From: Oopsacas minuta
Taxonomy: Eukaryota; Animalia; Porifera
Assembly (NCBI GenBank): GCA_024704765.1
Contig: JAKMXF010000255.1
Coordinates: 186,001 to 250,000, forward strand
Length of the DNA stretch: 64,000 nt
Direction: 5' to 3'
Below are positions 39,419-50,076 of this stretch, piece after piece; the first letter of the stretch is position 1, and the number at the start of each line of letters is the position of its first letter. Both the position numbers and the translations under genes were made by a program. The notes below the pieces were generated by a model. That model saw only the letters and a program-made list of their open reading frames with translations, was not told the origin of the DNA and searched no databases.

Positions 39419-41809
39419 TTAATTAACTTTGAATAACTTCTTTTGATATTGTCTAACTAACTCCTCAAAATGTCTATCATCTCTTGTCTCTTGTTCTACT
39501 TTTCTTTTCCTGTCACGTCTAGATGATGTTCTTGATGGCCTTTCTATTTGTCGTTTTCTAAACTCATTCATGTTGCTATTTTTAGATGTTTGTTTAAAGT
39601 TATTCTTGGGTTTTGATTCTTCATTATTAACTTTATTTGACCTTTTCAATTTGTGTGAAGGTTGCAGTTTATTCTTCTTACCAATTGTAACTTTATTTAT
39701 TCCTTTCTTGTTGAATCTGTTTACTCTCTTCTTCCTTTCTCCCTCATGAGGAGTGCTCCCCTCCTTCTCCAACTTCTGTAACTGTACCTTAGATTTTGAT
39801 AGCCTGTCTTCCTTAACTTTAATAGCTCTTTGATTCTCAAGAGAGAATTCTACAATCAGTCTCCGCTTAGATGGTAGTACATTAGGATCGTTGTTCAGAG
39901 TATTGAGAACACTCATGGCTGCTTCGTGAGATGAAAATCCAACAAATCCGAACCCTTTCGAGCGTCCAACTCCTTTCTCTAATCTGTTCAAATCTCGCAT
40001 AACTTTAGCAGAATAAACTTTAGACCCTTTAGGTGTATATTTAGTACATAACACCTTCAAATCATTGTCACCCATGGATAGAGGGAGGTTACGGATACTC
40101 AAACGGACTTTAGACACGAATATATTCGGATTTTTTAACTTCTCCTTCTTCTCTGCTTCAGCTCTCATCCTCTTAACTTGATCTGCTTTAGAAAGTTCCT
40201 GAAATACATTAGATTCCGGATCTAATCTTCCTATATTAGCCATACTCAAATTTCTCTTGTCTTCTTTATTCTTGCTACCCTTCTTGCTACTAGTAGTGAA
40301 TACATTAGCTTCCTCTTTCGTCACAGCTCTCATAACTTCTATAGTTCTACCCTCAATAGCCAATCCCTGTTCAGATTGCTTTAGACATTCCTCTGCGAAT
40401 GATTCCTCTTTGAAGCGGACGAATCCGTTTCCAGTCAACATACCTGTATCACGATTGGTAACAAGCTTAGCGTATTGAACAGACCCGAACCTGTCAGTGA
40501 AGAATTCTCCTAGATCCTCTTCGTCTAGAGAGAAAGGGAGATTACGTAGAAACAAGCATTTCCCATCTGTACTATCAACTCTACGAGGCTTTGTATTAGT
40601 ATTTTGTTTGTTTGTTGATTCAATATCTTCTCTGGTTGTTGATTCTGTATCTAAGCTGATAGATTCTATCTCAGTTGTCTCTTCGCTAGATAGAGACATT
40701 GACTCATCTTGTTGGTCAGTATCTGGAATGTTAGGACTTGGTTCTTCAGGGAGTTGTTGTTTCTGAGAAAGATAAGTTTTCCTGTCTAGTGCCCAGTCAA
40801 CAGCTACCTTACGATCCTTGATTTCATTACCATTCATTTTACGTAATGCTGTGCTCGCTTCAAATACATTTCCCATAGTTACAAATGCAAATCCCAGCAT
40901 TTTATTAGTACCAGGTTTCTGTGGAATATTTACGTCAATAACTTTACCATATTTTTCAAAATATTTCCTGAGTTCATCTGGTGTGCATTTAAAACTCAGA
41001 TTACGGATTAAGAGTTTAGACTTTTTCTGGTGTTTAGCAGAGCTGTCTAGTAGGGCTAATGAAGCTAGGTTAACCTCAATCTCTCCATCTCCCCAGGACA
41101 AATGATTGAGTAATGTGAGAGCTCTACGTGCAATATATTTGGAAGAGAATATGAGTAATAGAGTGTTATCTAACTGGGGGAGAGGTTCAATTGACTCCAT
41201 ACCCGATATAAACTGTTCAGTTAATCGTTTGACAATACTCATGTATCTTTCCGAACTCTCTGATACAGATACATTAGGTATAATGGGTAGACCTGATAGA
41301 ACTAAAGATCTAGCTTGGATTCCCAAATTCCTGTTCGGAATTGATTTTTTAGAAATTTCCTCTTCATTATTATCACTTTCAGAGCTGGAATCGAAACGCT
41401 GTAATCCATTTCTTTCAGAACCTAAATTATCGTTTTCATCTTCCATTCCATTTTCTGAATCTTCATTCCGTTTAGATTTTATTCTGTGTCTTATTCTACG
41501 CTTAGCAGGAAGACAAATCAGTTTATTTCCTTTTAGTTTCACAAGTTTCTGGTTAATAACTCTAGTCACTTCGTCCTCATTCGAGAACGTCACAAAAGCA
41601 AATTTAGCTGTTTCCTTAGATTTATTCTTCAATTGTTTCTTATCTTTACCAACAGTGAAGCATTTGATGATTTGACCAAACTGAGAGAAGATATCTGTAA
41701 GATCATTATCTCTCGTATCAGGAGGGAGGTTTTTAATGAAGACGGTTTTATTGCTTGTTACAAGAGGAGAAGCCTGCTTTTTCGTAGATTTCTCATTTTT
41801 TGAAGACAT
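39419..41809 (-). CDS. RBM28: RNA-binding protein 28 (Nop4), four RRMs, single exon
   Basis: Four RRMs; LLIRNLSFK, VAVDWAL, EDKRNL, RLSIRNLP, RRLIVEFSLEN. Confidence 0.9.
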   Translation of the reverse strand: MSSKNEKSTKKQASPLVTSNKTVFIKNLPPDTRDNDLTDIFSQFGQIIKCFTVGKDKKQLKNKSKETAKFAFVTFSNEDEVTRVINQKLVKLKGNKLICLPAKRRIRHRIKSKRNEDSENGMEDENDNLGSERNGLQRFDSSSESDNNEEEISKKSIPNRNLGIQARSLVLSGLPIIPNVSVSESSERYMSIVKRLTEQFISGMESIEPLPQLDNTLLLIFSSKYIARRALTLLNHLSWGDGEIEVNLASLALLDSSAKHQKKSKLLIRNLSFKCTPDELRKYFEKYGKVIDVNIPQKPGTNKMLGFAFVTMGNVFEASTALRKMNGNEIKDRKVAVDWALDRKTYLSQKQQLPEEPSPNIPDTDQQDESMSLSSEETTEIESISLDTESTTREDIESTNKQNTNTKPRRVDSTDGKCLFLRNLPFSLDEEDLGEFFTDRFGSVQYAKLVTNRDTGMLTGNGFVRFKEESFAEECLKQSEQGLAIEGRTIEVMRAVTKEEANVFTTSSKKGSKNKEDKRNLSMANIGRLDPESNVFQELSKADQVKRMRAEAEKKEKLKNPNIFVSKVRLSIRNLPLSMGDNDLKVLCTKYTPKGSKVYSAKVMRDLNRLEKGVGRSKGFGFVGFSSHEAAMSVLNTLNNDPNVLPSKRRLIVEFSLENQRAIKVKEDRLSKSKVQLQKLEKEGSTPHEGERKKRVNRFNKKGINKVTIGKKNKLQPSHKLKRSNKVNNEESKPKNNFKQTSKNSNMNEFRKRQIERPSRTSSRRDRKRKVEQETRDDRHFEELVRQYQKKLFKVN

Positions 41810-42348
41810 ATGTAGTCTGGTAGATAATCCGTTGTAATTTAGATATTTTTACTGTGTAAGTTTAATTACTAAATTACTTAATTCAAATCGTATCTACAAT
41901 ATTTATAAATACATCGAAACCTCTAAAAGTATATCTATTAGCAACATTCAATCACCCGTATACCCCACTGATATCATCAAGTGTTACATTGCAATGTAAT
42001 TGCATTCTATGACCTCAATTATCCGGTTTATGCAGCAACAGGATTCTCAAGTAGCATCCTCGAGATAATATAGACAGGCTTCGTATCATAAACACAATAA
42101 ATACTTATCTAACTGTTTTGTATTGTATATCCGAACCTTCTGAAGTTGTATAGGGAAGCACAAGAATAGAACAGCTGTATTGAGCAATAGAATCCTGTAT
42201 ATACAATACTTGCAATAAATGAACTGGATTCCCACTATTATTACATATTTTAGAAAAACAGCAATAATACATAGTTTCACTAATTTTGCATTACAAAAGC
42301 ATTTGACGATAGATACGACATATAAATACAAATATGAGCAATGAAAAT

Positions 42349-43341
42349 TCAGTCTCTATCCAAGAGAAGCACGCAAGAAACAAATGCAACTCCCATACAA
42401 TAAGAAAATATTTTACAAATCTCAAAAACTAATTTTTGTTGTGAATCAAAGAAAAGAGGAATTATTTCTTTCAATCCGATAAAAATGAATGTACCAGCTG
42501 TTAAACACTGGAATATAGAAGTAATTAAGTGATCGAATACCAATTCTTTGAGGATAACCCCAACTGCGAAAGATATCGGCTCTACCAAAGCGAAAATTAT
42601 AAAAATAAGATAGTAAGGCAATCTCTTTTTAAGCACATTAGATTCCATTAGAGCTACGGCAATTGACAGTGTACCGATAGTTCTGTGTAGAGAAATGAAA
42701 ACTAGCGTTACTGCAAAATCAAATATCTTGTCCATAGAACCCAATCCCAATCCTTCTATAACAGAATGTAGACTGAATGCTGCTACAAGAATGATACCGG
42801 AATAACTCTTAATTCCTTCTTCACCCAGCTGTACTATAGCTTTAACTTCATGATGATGACTCTGAGTTAATGATGATTCATAATCACAATTTCTGATACT
42901 ATTCTGTGTAAGGAGAGGAGACTCTGGGGTGGAGTAACGCTTATTAATTTTATCCCTTTTCTGAGAACGTAGTGTTAGTAGAATGTTGATAACTTTATCA
43001 TTAACAAGGAGTAGAGAGATTATTAGGATAACTATTAGAACACCGAATGGGTAATGTAGATCTTGGGTGTACTCATTGAAATTCTCAAGTCCTTCGTGCA
43101 AGAGGTGCAGGAAGCCAGCAGAGACGATTACCCCTCCAGCGAATGAACCCAGAATCTGGAAGACAATTGTTGTGTTTTTCGTGTTCCTAAAGATGAAACG
43201 TATCAAATCAACTAAAAGAGCAAACAGAATTACTTCTGCAAACAGCAGAAAGAAAGCAAACACGTCAAGAGAAAGCCATACGGCCTGAGAAACTGTTTTA
43301 TTAGAATAGTTTAACATTTCCACTTGCAATAAGAAATGCAT
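42349..43341 (-). CDS. ZIP (SLC39A1/2/3-like) metal transporter; start could be 43341 or 43317
   Basis: FAGGVIVSAGFLHLLHE, HHHE loop, HSVIEGLGLG, LTAGTFIFI. Confidence 0.85.
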   Translation of the reverse strand: MHFLLQVEMLNYSNKTVSQAVWLSLDVFAFFLLFAEVILFALLVDLIRFIFRNTKNTTIVFQILGSFAGGVIVSAGFLHLLHEGLENFNEYTQDLHYPFGVLIVILIISLLLVNDKVINILLTLRSQKRDKINKRYSTPESPLLTQNSIRNCDYESSLTQSHHHEVKAIVQLGEEGIKSYSGIILVAAFSLHSVIEGLGLGSMDKIFDFAVTLVFISLHRTIGTLSIAVALMESNVLKKRLPYYLIFIIFALVEPISFAVGVILKELVFDHLITSIFQCLTAGTFIFIGLKEIIPLFFDSQQKLVFEICKIFSYCMGVAFVSCVLLLDRD

Positions 43342-43939
43342 TGTTATAGTATTTGAATGAATTGTTGAGCTTTTATAGTGAATTTGAATATCAACAAAGA
43401 ATCTGTATCTGCTGTTGTATCATGTTGATTCTACGAATAAATGAATCTTCATTAAGAATGTTGGAGAGAACAAAGAGAATGGATTTTCGAATAAATTAAT
43501 GGAGATTAGAATCACTGAGGAATTCATATTTATATATTAGAATTACTGAATTTACACACTCAATAAACAATACAGTGCAACCTCGAAAAAATGTGCCTGT
43601 GCAATCGGGGATCTTCTGGTAACTGAGTGAAGAACATCAGGGCGATTTTCTATTCCCATACATATTAATTTCCGCCAACGGGGTAGCATTTCCACCGTCC
43701 CTAAACCCCGTCTATGGAGGTTACACTGTGTTAATTTAATATTTTCATGGCTAGATCACTCTTCCTTCGGAACTGTCAATCGGAAGTGGTATTTAAGCAA
43801 TTTCATCATATATGGACATAAGACCCCGAAAGGTATAAATACTACAATAAATATGAATAGAATATAAAGTGATAAAATAATAAAAAGCCAGAAATAAAAG
43901 CTAATAAGATAAAATGTATAGATTGAAATGGAATACATA

Positions 43940-44752
43940 CTACTGACAATAATCAGCTGCAGCACAGTTCATAGTGAGATTAGTTGGTAGTAGAAATACC
44001 TTCTTACTCCCAGCACACACACATACCTCCATCACATTATTATTAACAAAGGAGGAATTATCTGTAGCATTGACAATTGGCAAATTTGACAGAAATATAT
44101 TCTCAGACTCTAGAGTTATATTTCCATTACTACTACTCAGTGTTATCTTATCATTAGCTTGTACGGATACATCGCCAATAGCTGAGATAACATCCACGCG
44201 ATCTCCCTCTATAGATATGGAATTGCCAACTGTACCAACTGACAATCCAATCCCTGGTTCGGACTCTATTGTATCTACATATAGCTTATCAGTAGAAGCA
44301 CCAGCATTCAAATAAACTTTAGAATTAAAGATAACAGAATTATTAGTAACACTCATATCATTTCCAACATCAAACTTATCTGTAACAATCTCCATAGAGT
44401 CTTGAGAAATGTTAAGTGATGTGTTAGCTACCTGTAAGAGGATAGAGCTACCAGAATTGACTACTAGAGGTTCTGTTCCGTTACTTGACATGATACGGGT
44501 AGATATTCCTTGTAGGAACTCTGCTTGTCCTTCAACAATAAGTCGATCTTCTATGAATCTGATACTACCTATTCCGTGTATGTTAAACCTTAATACGGTC
44601 AAAATCCATATAGTTAGACCTAAATTAACTAGAATAAGACAGAGTAACACAATAACTGCTAGATAGAAGATACGTTTCCTCCAGCCGTAGAGACCTGTAG
44701 GCACACGTCTGTCTACTCTATTCTCGTCTACTTGATACTTCTCACCAACCAT
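43940..44752 (-). CDS. SGCD: Sarcoglycan of the delta/gamma/zeta group, single exon
   Basis: GLYGWRKR..Y, VNLGLTIWIL.VL.F...GIG TM signature, C-terminal CVC...C...C cluster; likely ATG 44752. Confidence 0.85.
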   Translation of the reverse strand: MVGEKYQVDENRVDRRVPTGLYGWRKRIFYLAVIVLLCLILVNLGLTIWILTVLRFNIHGIGSIRFIEDRLIVEGQAEFLQGISTRIMSSNGTEPLVVNSGSSILLQVANTSLNISQDSMEIVTDKFDVGNDMSVTNNSVIFNSKVYLNAGASTDKLYVDTIESEPGIGLSVGTVGNSISIEGDRVDVISAIGDVSVQANDKITLSSSNGNITLESENIFLSNLPIVNATDNSSFVNNNVMEVCVCAGSKKVFLLPTNLTMNCAAADYCQ

Positions 44753-45010
44753 GAGGGATAATGGAATATAAGCTGGAAACAAAGAAAAATCTCGTCAAAA
44801 ATAGCACAGTTAATTACGCAAAATTAATTAAAAATAAGCCTCATTACAATACTCTTGATATTATAGCACTATTACGTATGAAAATACAATTTAATGCACG
44901 GGGGACAAAAGAGCAAAATTTAATACTTCTCAATTACAGAGTAGGACAAGTATCTACCTAGCAAAAATATCTGTCATAGATATGTATTTACACACACATA
45001 GGCTACATAT

Positions 45011-46045
45011 TTACTTGGTAGCTCCAGCTGATTTCTCTGTAGCTGCCCCACCCTTCATAGAAAATAAAATTTCCCAAACATCGTAAATGAACTCATCAGG
45101 GAATTCAAACTCTGAGAATTCGTTATCAACTGCAAGAGCGAAATCATCGATTACTGCTTTAGAATTTCCAATATCTAAAATAGTCTGTGATAACTCAGTG
45201 TCTCGTATTCCCATAAAATTCTCTAAGAAATCATCAATCTTAGAAACAGCTTGTGCGGTTACAGCTGGTAGAATCTCTTCAATAACCGCCGCTCCGTTAG
45301 CCTTCAGCCTCAACGTGTGTTTGCCTGCCCCCAGGATGCTAGCCGCGTTAGGATCGTCCTCTGGTCCTCCTGTTGCACCATCAAGTACTGTCTGAGACCC
45401 AGTCTTAGCTGATCCAACTCGTGGCGCGATGCCTTCGAAAGCTTTCAATGTTTCTACTAATTTAATACTGAATTCCACATCCATTGGGAGTTCTTTCAAT
45501 GTCTTAGCAACCTCGTAGTGTCGCTTTCCCACCATATTAGCACCGTTGATAGCTTCCAGATGATCTCCTACTAGTATTACAGGAAATTGAGAACACAGAC
45601 TGTCCTCTCTCACTCGCTTTATGAAGGAGTGACCGGCTCCATTATCAGTTATTGTTAGACCAAGAGAAGGCTTAGATTTTACGATAGTAATCTCCTTACT
45701 TTCACCCTTACAGTGAGCATAAATAAAATCCATCAGGTTTATTTGCCCGCCTAACAGCTTAGACATATCCGGTTTATGTGTGTTTAAAGTACAGAAAATA
45801 ATATCTTTGGGAGCAAGGTCAAACGACTCTGCTATTCTCTGATAAAGTTCTTTCACATTTTTGAAGTCTTTTATCTTTTTAGTTGAACTTCCGTGAGCAA
45901 GTTGTGCATGGAAAACAAGCTCACTACGAGCTTGTGTCATAGCTTTGTCTGGAGGAGGTTTTGGTTGTTCTGGAGGAGGGAGAGGATCTGTGTCCTGGGT
46001 TGTAAGTTTTCCCTTTGACTTATCTCTTTTGAATATATGATGCAT
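45011..46045 (-). CDS. GIPC1: GIPC PDZ-domain protein, single exon
   Basis: LVFHAQLAHGS, FCTLNTHK.DM.KLLGGQI, LGLTITDNGAG, FMGIRD.EL, FEFPDEF..DVW. Confidence 0.92.
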   Translation of the reverse strand: MHHIFKRDKSKGKLTTQDTDPLPPPEQPKPPPDKAMTQARSELVFHAQLAHGSSTKKIKDFKNVKELYQRIAESFDLAPKDIIFCTLNTHKPDMSKLLGGQINLMDFIYAHCKGESKEITIVKSKPSLGLTITDNGAGHSFIKRVREDSLCSQFPVILVGDHLEAINGANMVGKRHYEVAKTLKELPMDVEFSIKLVETLKAFEGIAPRVGSAKTGSQTVLDGATGGPEDDPNAASILGAGKHTLRLKANGAAVIEEILPAVTAQAVSKIDDFLENFMGIRDTELSQTILDIGNSKAVIDDFALAVDNEFSEFEFPDEFIYDVWEILFSMKGGAATEKSAGATK

Positions 46046-46198
46046 TGGAAAATGGCTAAATACAAATATTAAGTAAAAGTGAATAAAATATAGGTAGAGT
46101 GCATTTATTGATAAATGCTTTACTGATACAACTTTTCAACTATAATAATAGTATACATACTTAAATCTAAAAGTTTGAAGTACACTCAAAAAATATAA

Positions 46199-47632
46199 TC
46201 AGAACGCTTGGAGAAGGCCATCCGTCTTACCAGTAGAAACCACCAAAACAGTCCCCTCTTTGGTCAAACAGATACCCGTGGGGTAGCTCATATCATCACG
46301 TCCCTGTCCACACTGTGAAATGTGACCTACGAGTGCACCGGTCCCTGATACAACTACAACCGTATGCTTCCAGTAATCAGTGACTAGACAATTACCTTCT
46401 CCATCTATAGCGAAACAAACAGGCTTCTGTAGCATATTACCACCAGCAATACTCCTTATATGGTCGCCATTCTTATTGTATATCTGTAGAGGAAACTCAC
46501 GGTATGAGAAATTATTCCAGAATCCGTTATGAGCAAACAGTACATAGATTAAATCCCCGCATATTCTAATGTAATTCAATTTTCGTCTGTCAGAAATATC
46601 AATAGTCTGTAGTTTGAATCTCTTCATCACTTTCAAGGTATCGGGGTCATGTATTACTACTATATAATTCCTCCATTCACAGGCGTATAGCAAACCGTTA
46701 TCATCCTGATCTAATCCACGGTATGCACTCTTGGATACAGGACACTTGGCTAAGAATTCTCCTTCAAACGTGAATTTAATCAGAGCGTAGTGTGACGTCA
46801 CGAATATCTCCTTACTGTTATGACTCACGACTATATAGATTGGGTAAGACAAGTCTCTGTGAATAATAGAGCGTATATATTCCCCATCAGGGGTGCATAC
46901 TTGTATACGATGGTTCCCATGATCCGCTACGAATATGGTACCAGTTTCTTTGCATACAGCTATCCCTCTAGGATTAATTATTCCTTCAGTAGATGAATCA
47001 GATCTAAACCTAACCCATACACAATGTGTAAGATCTGTATATGGTCTGTGGTTTCCATTCTGTTCGAACAACTTTGGTAACACTGGAGCTACACTATTAT
47101 CCATTGAGACATGTTTAATCTCGGGTATTGGTATCGCATCCTTAAATTCCAACTCCTCAATTGGGTTGTTAAGGTTACCAAATTGTCGTAGACTCTGTTC
47201 TATGCCTTGTGTATCAGAATTAACCTTGAGATCAGATAAAACAGCTATTTCATTCTCTAACTGTTGTAACTTAGTGAGTAGAGGTTGTTGAGCTACTTGT
47301 AGGGTGGTTATAAGAGAATTCTCCTTCATAGATAGACTCATTTCTTGTAAAGTTTGTTGAATACTTTTAAGCTGAAGCTCCCTCTCTCCTATTTCTCTCT
47401 CCAGCTCTACACATGCTTGATCAAATCTATCGGTAAAATCTCTCTCACAGGTATCGATCAGGTCCCGCACATGAGCGAAATTCCTCGTCATAGCTTGACG
47501 CTCCAAATCCATTCTCTCTCTGAACAATGTTATCATAGATTCAGCTTGATTCCCGGGCTGCATTAGAGTCATTTGAGATTCATCGAGAGAATCAAAATCA
47601 TCGTTTTCAAATTGAGGATCATTACAAGCCAT
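46199..47632 (-). CDS. Coiled-coil + NHL-repeat beta-propeller protein (TRIM-NHL-like, no RING/B-box)
   Basis: N-terminal coiled coil; NPRGIAV...IFVADHGNHRIQV, KPVCFAID, YPTGICL repeats. Confidence 0.85.
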   Translation of the reverse strand: MACNDPQFENDDFDSLDESQMTLMQPGNQAESMITLFRERMDLERQAMTRNFAHVRDLIDTCERDFTDRFDQACVELEREIGERELQLKSIQQTLQEMSLSMKENSLITTLQVAQQPLLTKLQQLENEIAVLSDLKVNSDTQGIEQSLRQFGNLNNPIEELEFKDAIPIPEIKHVSMDNSVAPVLPKLFEQNGNHRPYTDLTHCVWVRFRSDSSTEGIINPRGIAVCKETGTIFVADHGNHRIQVCTPDGEYIRSIIHRDLSYPIYIVVSHNSKEIFVTSHYALIKFTFEGEFLAKCPVSKSAYRGLDQDDNGLLYACEWRNYIVVIHDPDTLKVMKRFKLQTIDISDRRKLNYIRICGDLIYVLFAHNGFWNNFSYREFPLQIYNKNGDHIRSIAGGNMLQKPVCFAIDGEGNCLVTDYWKHTVVVVSGTGALVGHISQCGQGRDDMSYPTGICLTKEGTVLVVSTGKTDGLLQAF

Positions 47633-48354
47633 TCTATCTAAGTTCAATTTGACACAATTATTTCTCTAATTATATCAAATCATAGACCTGACGTAACGTT
47701 ACTCGTATATCTAGCTAGTTAGTGGCTTTGTACAGATATAATTATATCAACGTGGCTGAACCGATGATATGATTCACTTACAATTAAGCTATAGCACTAG
47801 CAGAAGTATCGAAGGTTTTAGTACTTATTCATTCCTTAGAAAATTAGTCAAATCAAACCCAAGCATGCGATCCTAGGGGAGACAAAAAGGCTTTTGTCTA
47901 GGGTAAGTTCCGCCCCCGGGACGACAGATCCTATGACCACCAGTGCGTATAATAGAATCTAAAAAACATTTTGCCAGTGTTTGAAAATGCAGCTCGGCGT
48001 TTCCGGATCGCCTGAACCCAATCAAGAAATTCTTCTGACAATTACTAGTGATAATTTCTAAATAAAAGCAATTAAGAATACTCACAAAGGTACCCAAGTT
48101 TGACTGTTAATGAATCTACCATAACTTCAGAATAAGCTCAGTACTCTTAGGAAGATACGAAATTTCTGAAGAGATTTTCAACAAGTTCAATTAATTCTGA
48201 CAATTAAGATATTATTTGAATAAATAAACTATGGGTACAAGTATGAAATATACTCTCTAGAATCTACGATAGGATTATAAGCTAGTGTTATATAACATAG
48301 GAGGGGGGGTAGCTATTAGTTCACACTCAATATATATATATATCCTAACGAGCT

Positions 48355-50076
48355 CTACTTCACGTAGAACTGACAATCAGGATCTTGAATGCTTGTCTTA
48401 GCTGGAGCCTTCAACTCTCCGGTGGGGCTAATAGCAACAAACTGTCCTTGGTTAGCAAGAGACTCTAGGAGAATATGTCTGTCGTATGTCTCATGGATTA
48501 CGAAGTCAACTTGAAGCCCTGTTCCTTGCTTCCCCTTCACAGCACCGTTCTGGATGCACAGTACATAACCAGGATGCTTTTTGTTCAGGAACGATACGAT
48601 ATTTCCACCTCTACTCCTTACTATGAAGTCACTACTAATACCAGATCCTCCCTTACTACCGATTAATCCGCTCTCTTTGATCTCTATAGTATCACCGTAG
48701 GAGCGAGACACCAGTTGTATGGTAGCTCCATCTCTAAGTGAGTTTAGGACAGAAGGTTGTCCGTCGTATCTCAAAAGCTCAGGCATTTGTTCTTTAATAG
48801 GAGCCATCTTTACAATCCTGATTCTGAAGTGTGTTTCTACTTGTCCAGCAGCTAGTTTATCAGCTCTCATAACCATTCCGTTATGAGCTACGCCCATGAA
48901 TTGTCCTGGAGTCTTGACTGACTCAAATGCTACATAGTTATCATGAGTAGGATGTACTCTCATTTCACAAGAGGGACCACCCTGACCACGTCCTTCAAAC
49001 TCGTTCTTGAAGATACATAGGTAGAAGGATTTTATTGGAGCGCTCCTAAGCATGATCAGCCCTGGTGCTTTTTCTATGACCAAGAGCTCGCTCAGCTCTC
49101 CATAGTCACCAGATCCTGTTATGACACCATTCTTAGCGATTAGCATGGGTTTACCACTCATTTTACTAATCATCTGAATAACATTACCGTCCCTGAGAGC
49201 GTAACTAACGGGTAGACCGGGAGCTGGTCCTGTTGATGAGGGCGAGGCTACGGGTACACCCTCTCTAATGACGGCAGCAGTAAACTGAGCGAAGTGATGA
49301 CCAGGCTGACAATGCTTGGGGTCAGCAATAGCACCATCTTGTGTTACACCTATGCACAGTCCTACTTCTCCCACAGAGGAAAAGCTAACTGATTTATCCG
49401 GAGCTTCAACTAGAGTGAAATGACATAAGGTTCCACCCTGTCCGGTACCATTGACAATTCCCTGACAAATGGAAAGGTAATGAGTGGGATTCTTAACGCT
49501 TGAGAGTGACACAACTCCCTCAGCTACAGAATTCACTTTGAATTGAGCAATCTCATCTTTTCCATTAGGACCTCGGCAATCAACACGTCCGTCTGCAAGT
49601 ATCCTAAGATAGTTCGATACTTTACTCTTCAAGGATATGACATTTCCATTCTTGAATGCACCAATAGTAGTTTTAGGCTGTGCTGGTCCTCCGACAGCCA
49701 TCTGCTTCACCTTACCTAAAACTGAATCGAATGCATTACCCATATCTTGAGTAGTAGACTCCATTGTTGGAGCTGGATGTGCAGGAGCTACCGCTGGGAC
49801 TGGAGCGTAGCCTTGAGAAGCAGGAGCCGGGGCATAGCCTTGAGGAGCAGGCGCATAGCCTGGTTGCGGGGCATAACCTTGTGGGGGTGCTGTTGCCTGG
49901 GTGTATACTTGCTGGGCAGGGGGAGCTGATACTGGTTGTGCGTACCCTTGAGGTGGTGGAGCATTGGGGACAGTGCCTGGGGCTACCTGAGGGGGAGGGG
50001 CATAGCCGGAAGCAGGTACGATACCTTGTGTCTGTGGGTAGAGTCCTTGACCTTGAGGCTTTGGATATGATTCCAT
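48355..50076 (-). CDS. P/G/Y/A/Q-rich N-tail + three tandem FGF-like beta-trefoil domains, no signal peptide
   Basis: Six GYA(P/Q) repeats then three ~130-aa repeats; repeat 1 aligns by eye with FGF2 core motifs (YLRILADGRVD, EGVVSL, HYLSI, CHF). Confidence 0.7.
   Translation of the reverse strand: MESYPKPQGQGLYPQTQGIVPASGYAPPPQVAPGTVPNAPPPQGYAQPVSAPPAQQVYTQATAPPQGYAPQPGYAPAPQGYAPAPASQGYAPVPAVAPAHPAPTMESTTQDMGNAFDSVLGKVKQMAVGGPAQPKTTIGAFKNGNVISLKSKVSNYLRILADGRVDCRGPNGKDEIAQFKVNSVAEGVVSLSSVKNPTHYLSICQGIVNGTGQGGTLCHFTLVEAPDKSVSFSSVGEVGLCIGVTQDGAIADPKHCQPGHHFAQFTAAVIREGVPVASPSSTGPAPGLPVSYALRDGNVIQMISKMSGKPMLIAKNGVITGSGDYGELSELLVIEKAPGLIMLRSAPIKSFYLCIFKNEFEGRGQGGPSCEMRVHPTHDNYVAFESVKTPGQFMGVAHNGMVMRADKLAAGQVETHFRIRIVKMAPIKEQMPELLRYDGQPSVLNSLRDGATIQLVSRSYGDTIEIKESGLIGSKGGSGISSDFIVRSRGGNIVSFLNKKHPGYVLCIQNGAVKGKQGTGLQVDFVIHETYDRHILLESLANQGQFVAISPTGELKAPAKTSIQDPDCQFYVK

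Noticed and set aside
47873-48097. 74-aa minus-strand ORF between NHL and FGF-like genes
   Set aside because: No motif or homology recognised; a GC-richer patch that could be a TE fragment.
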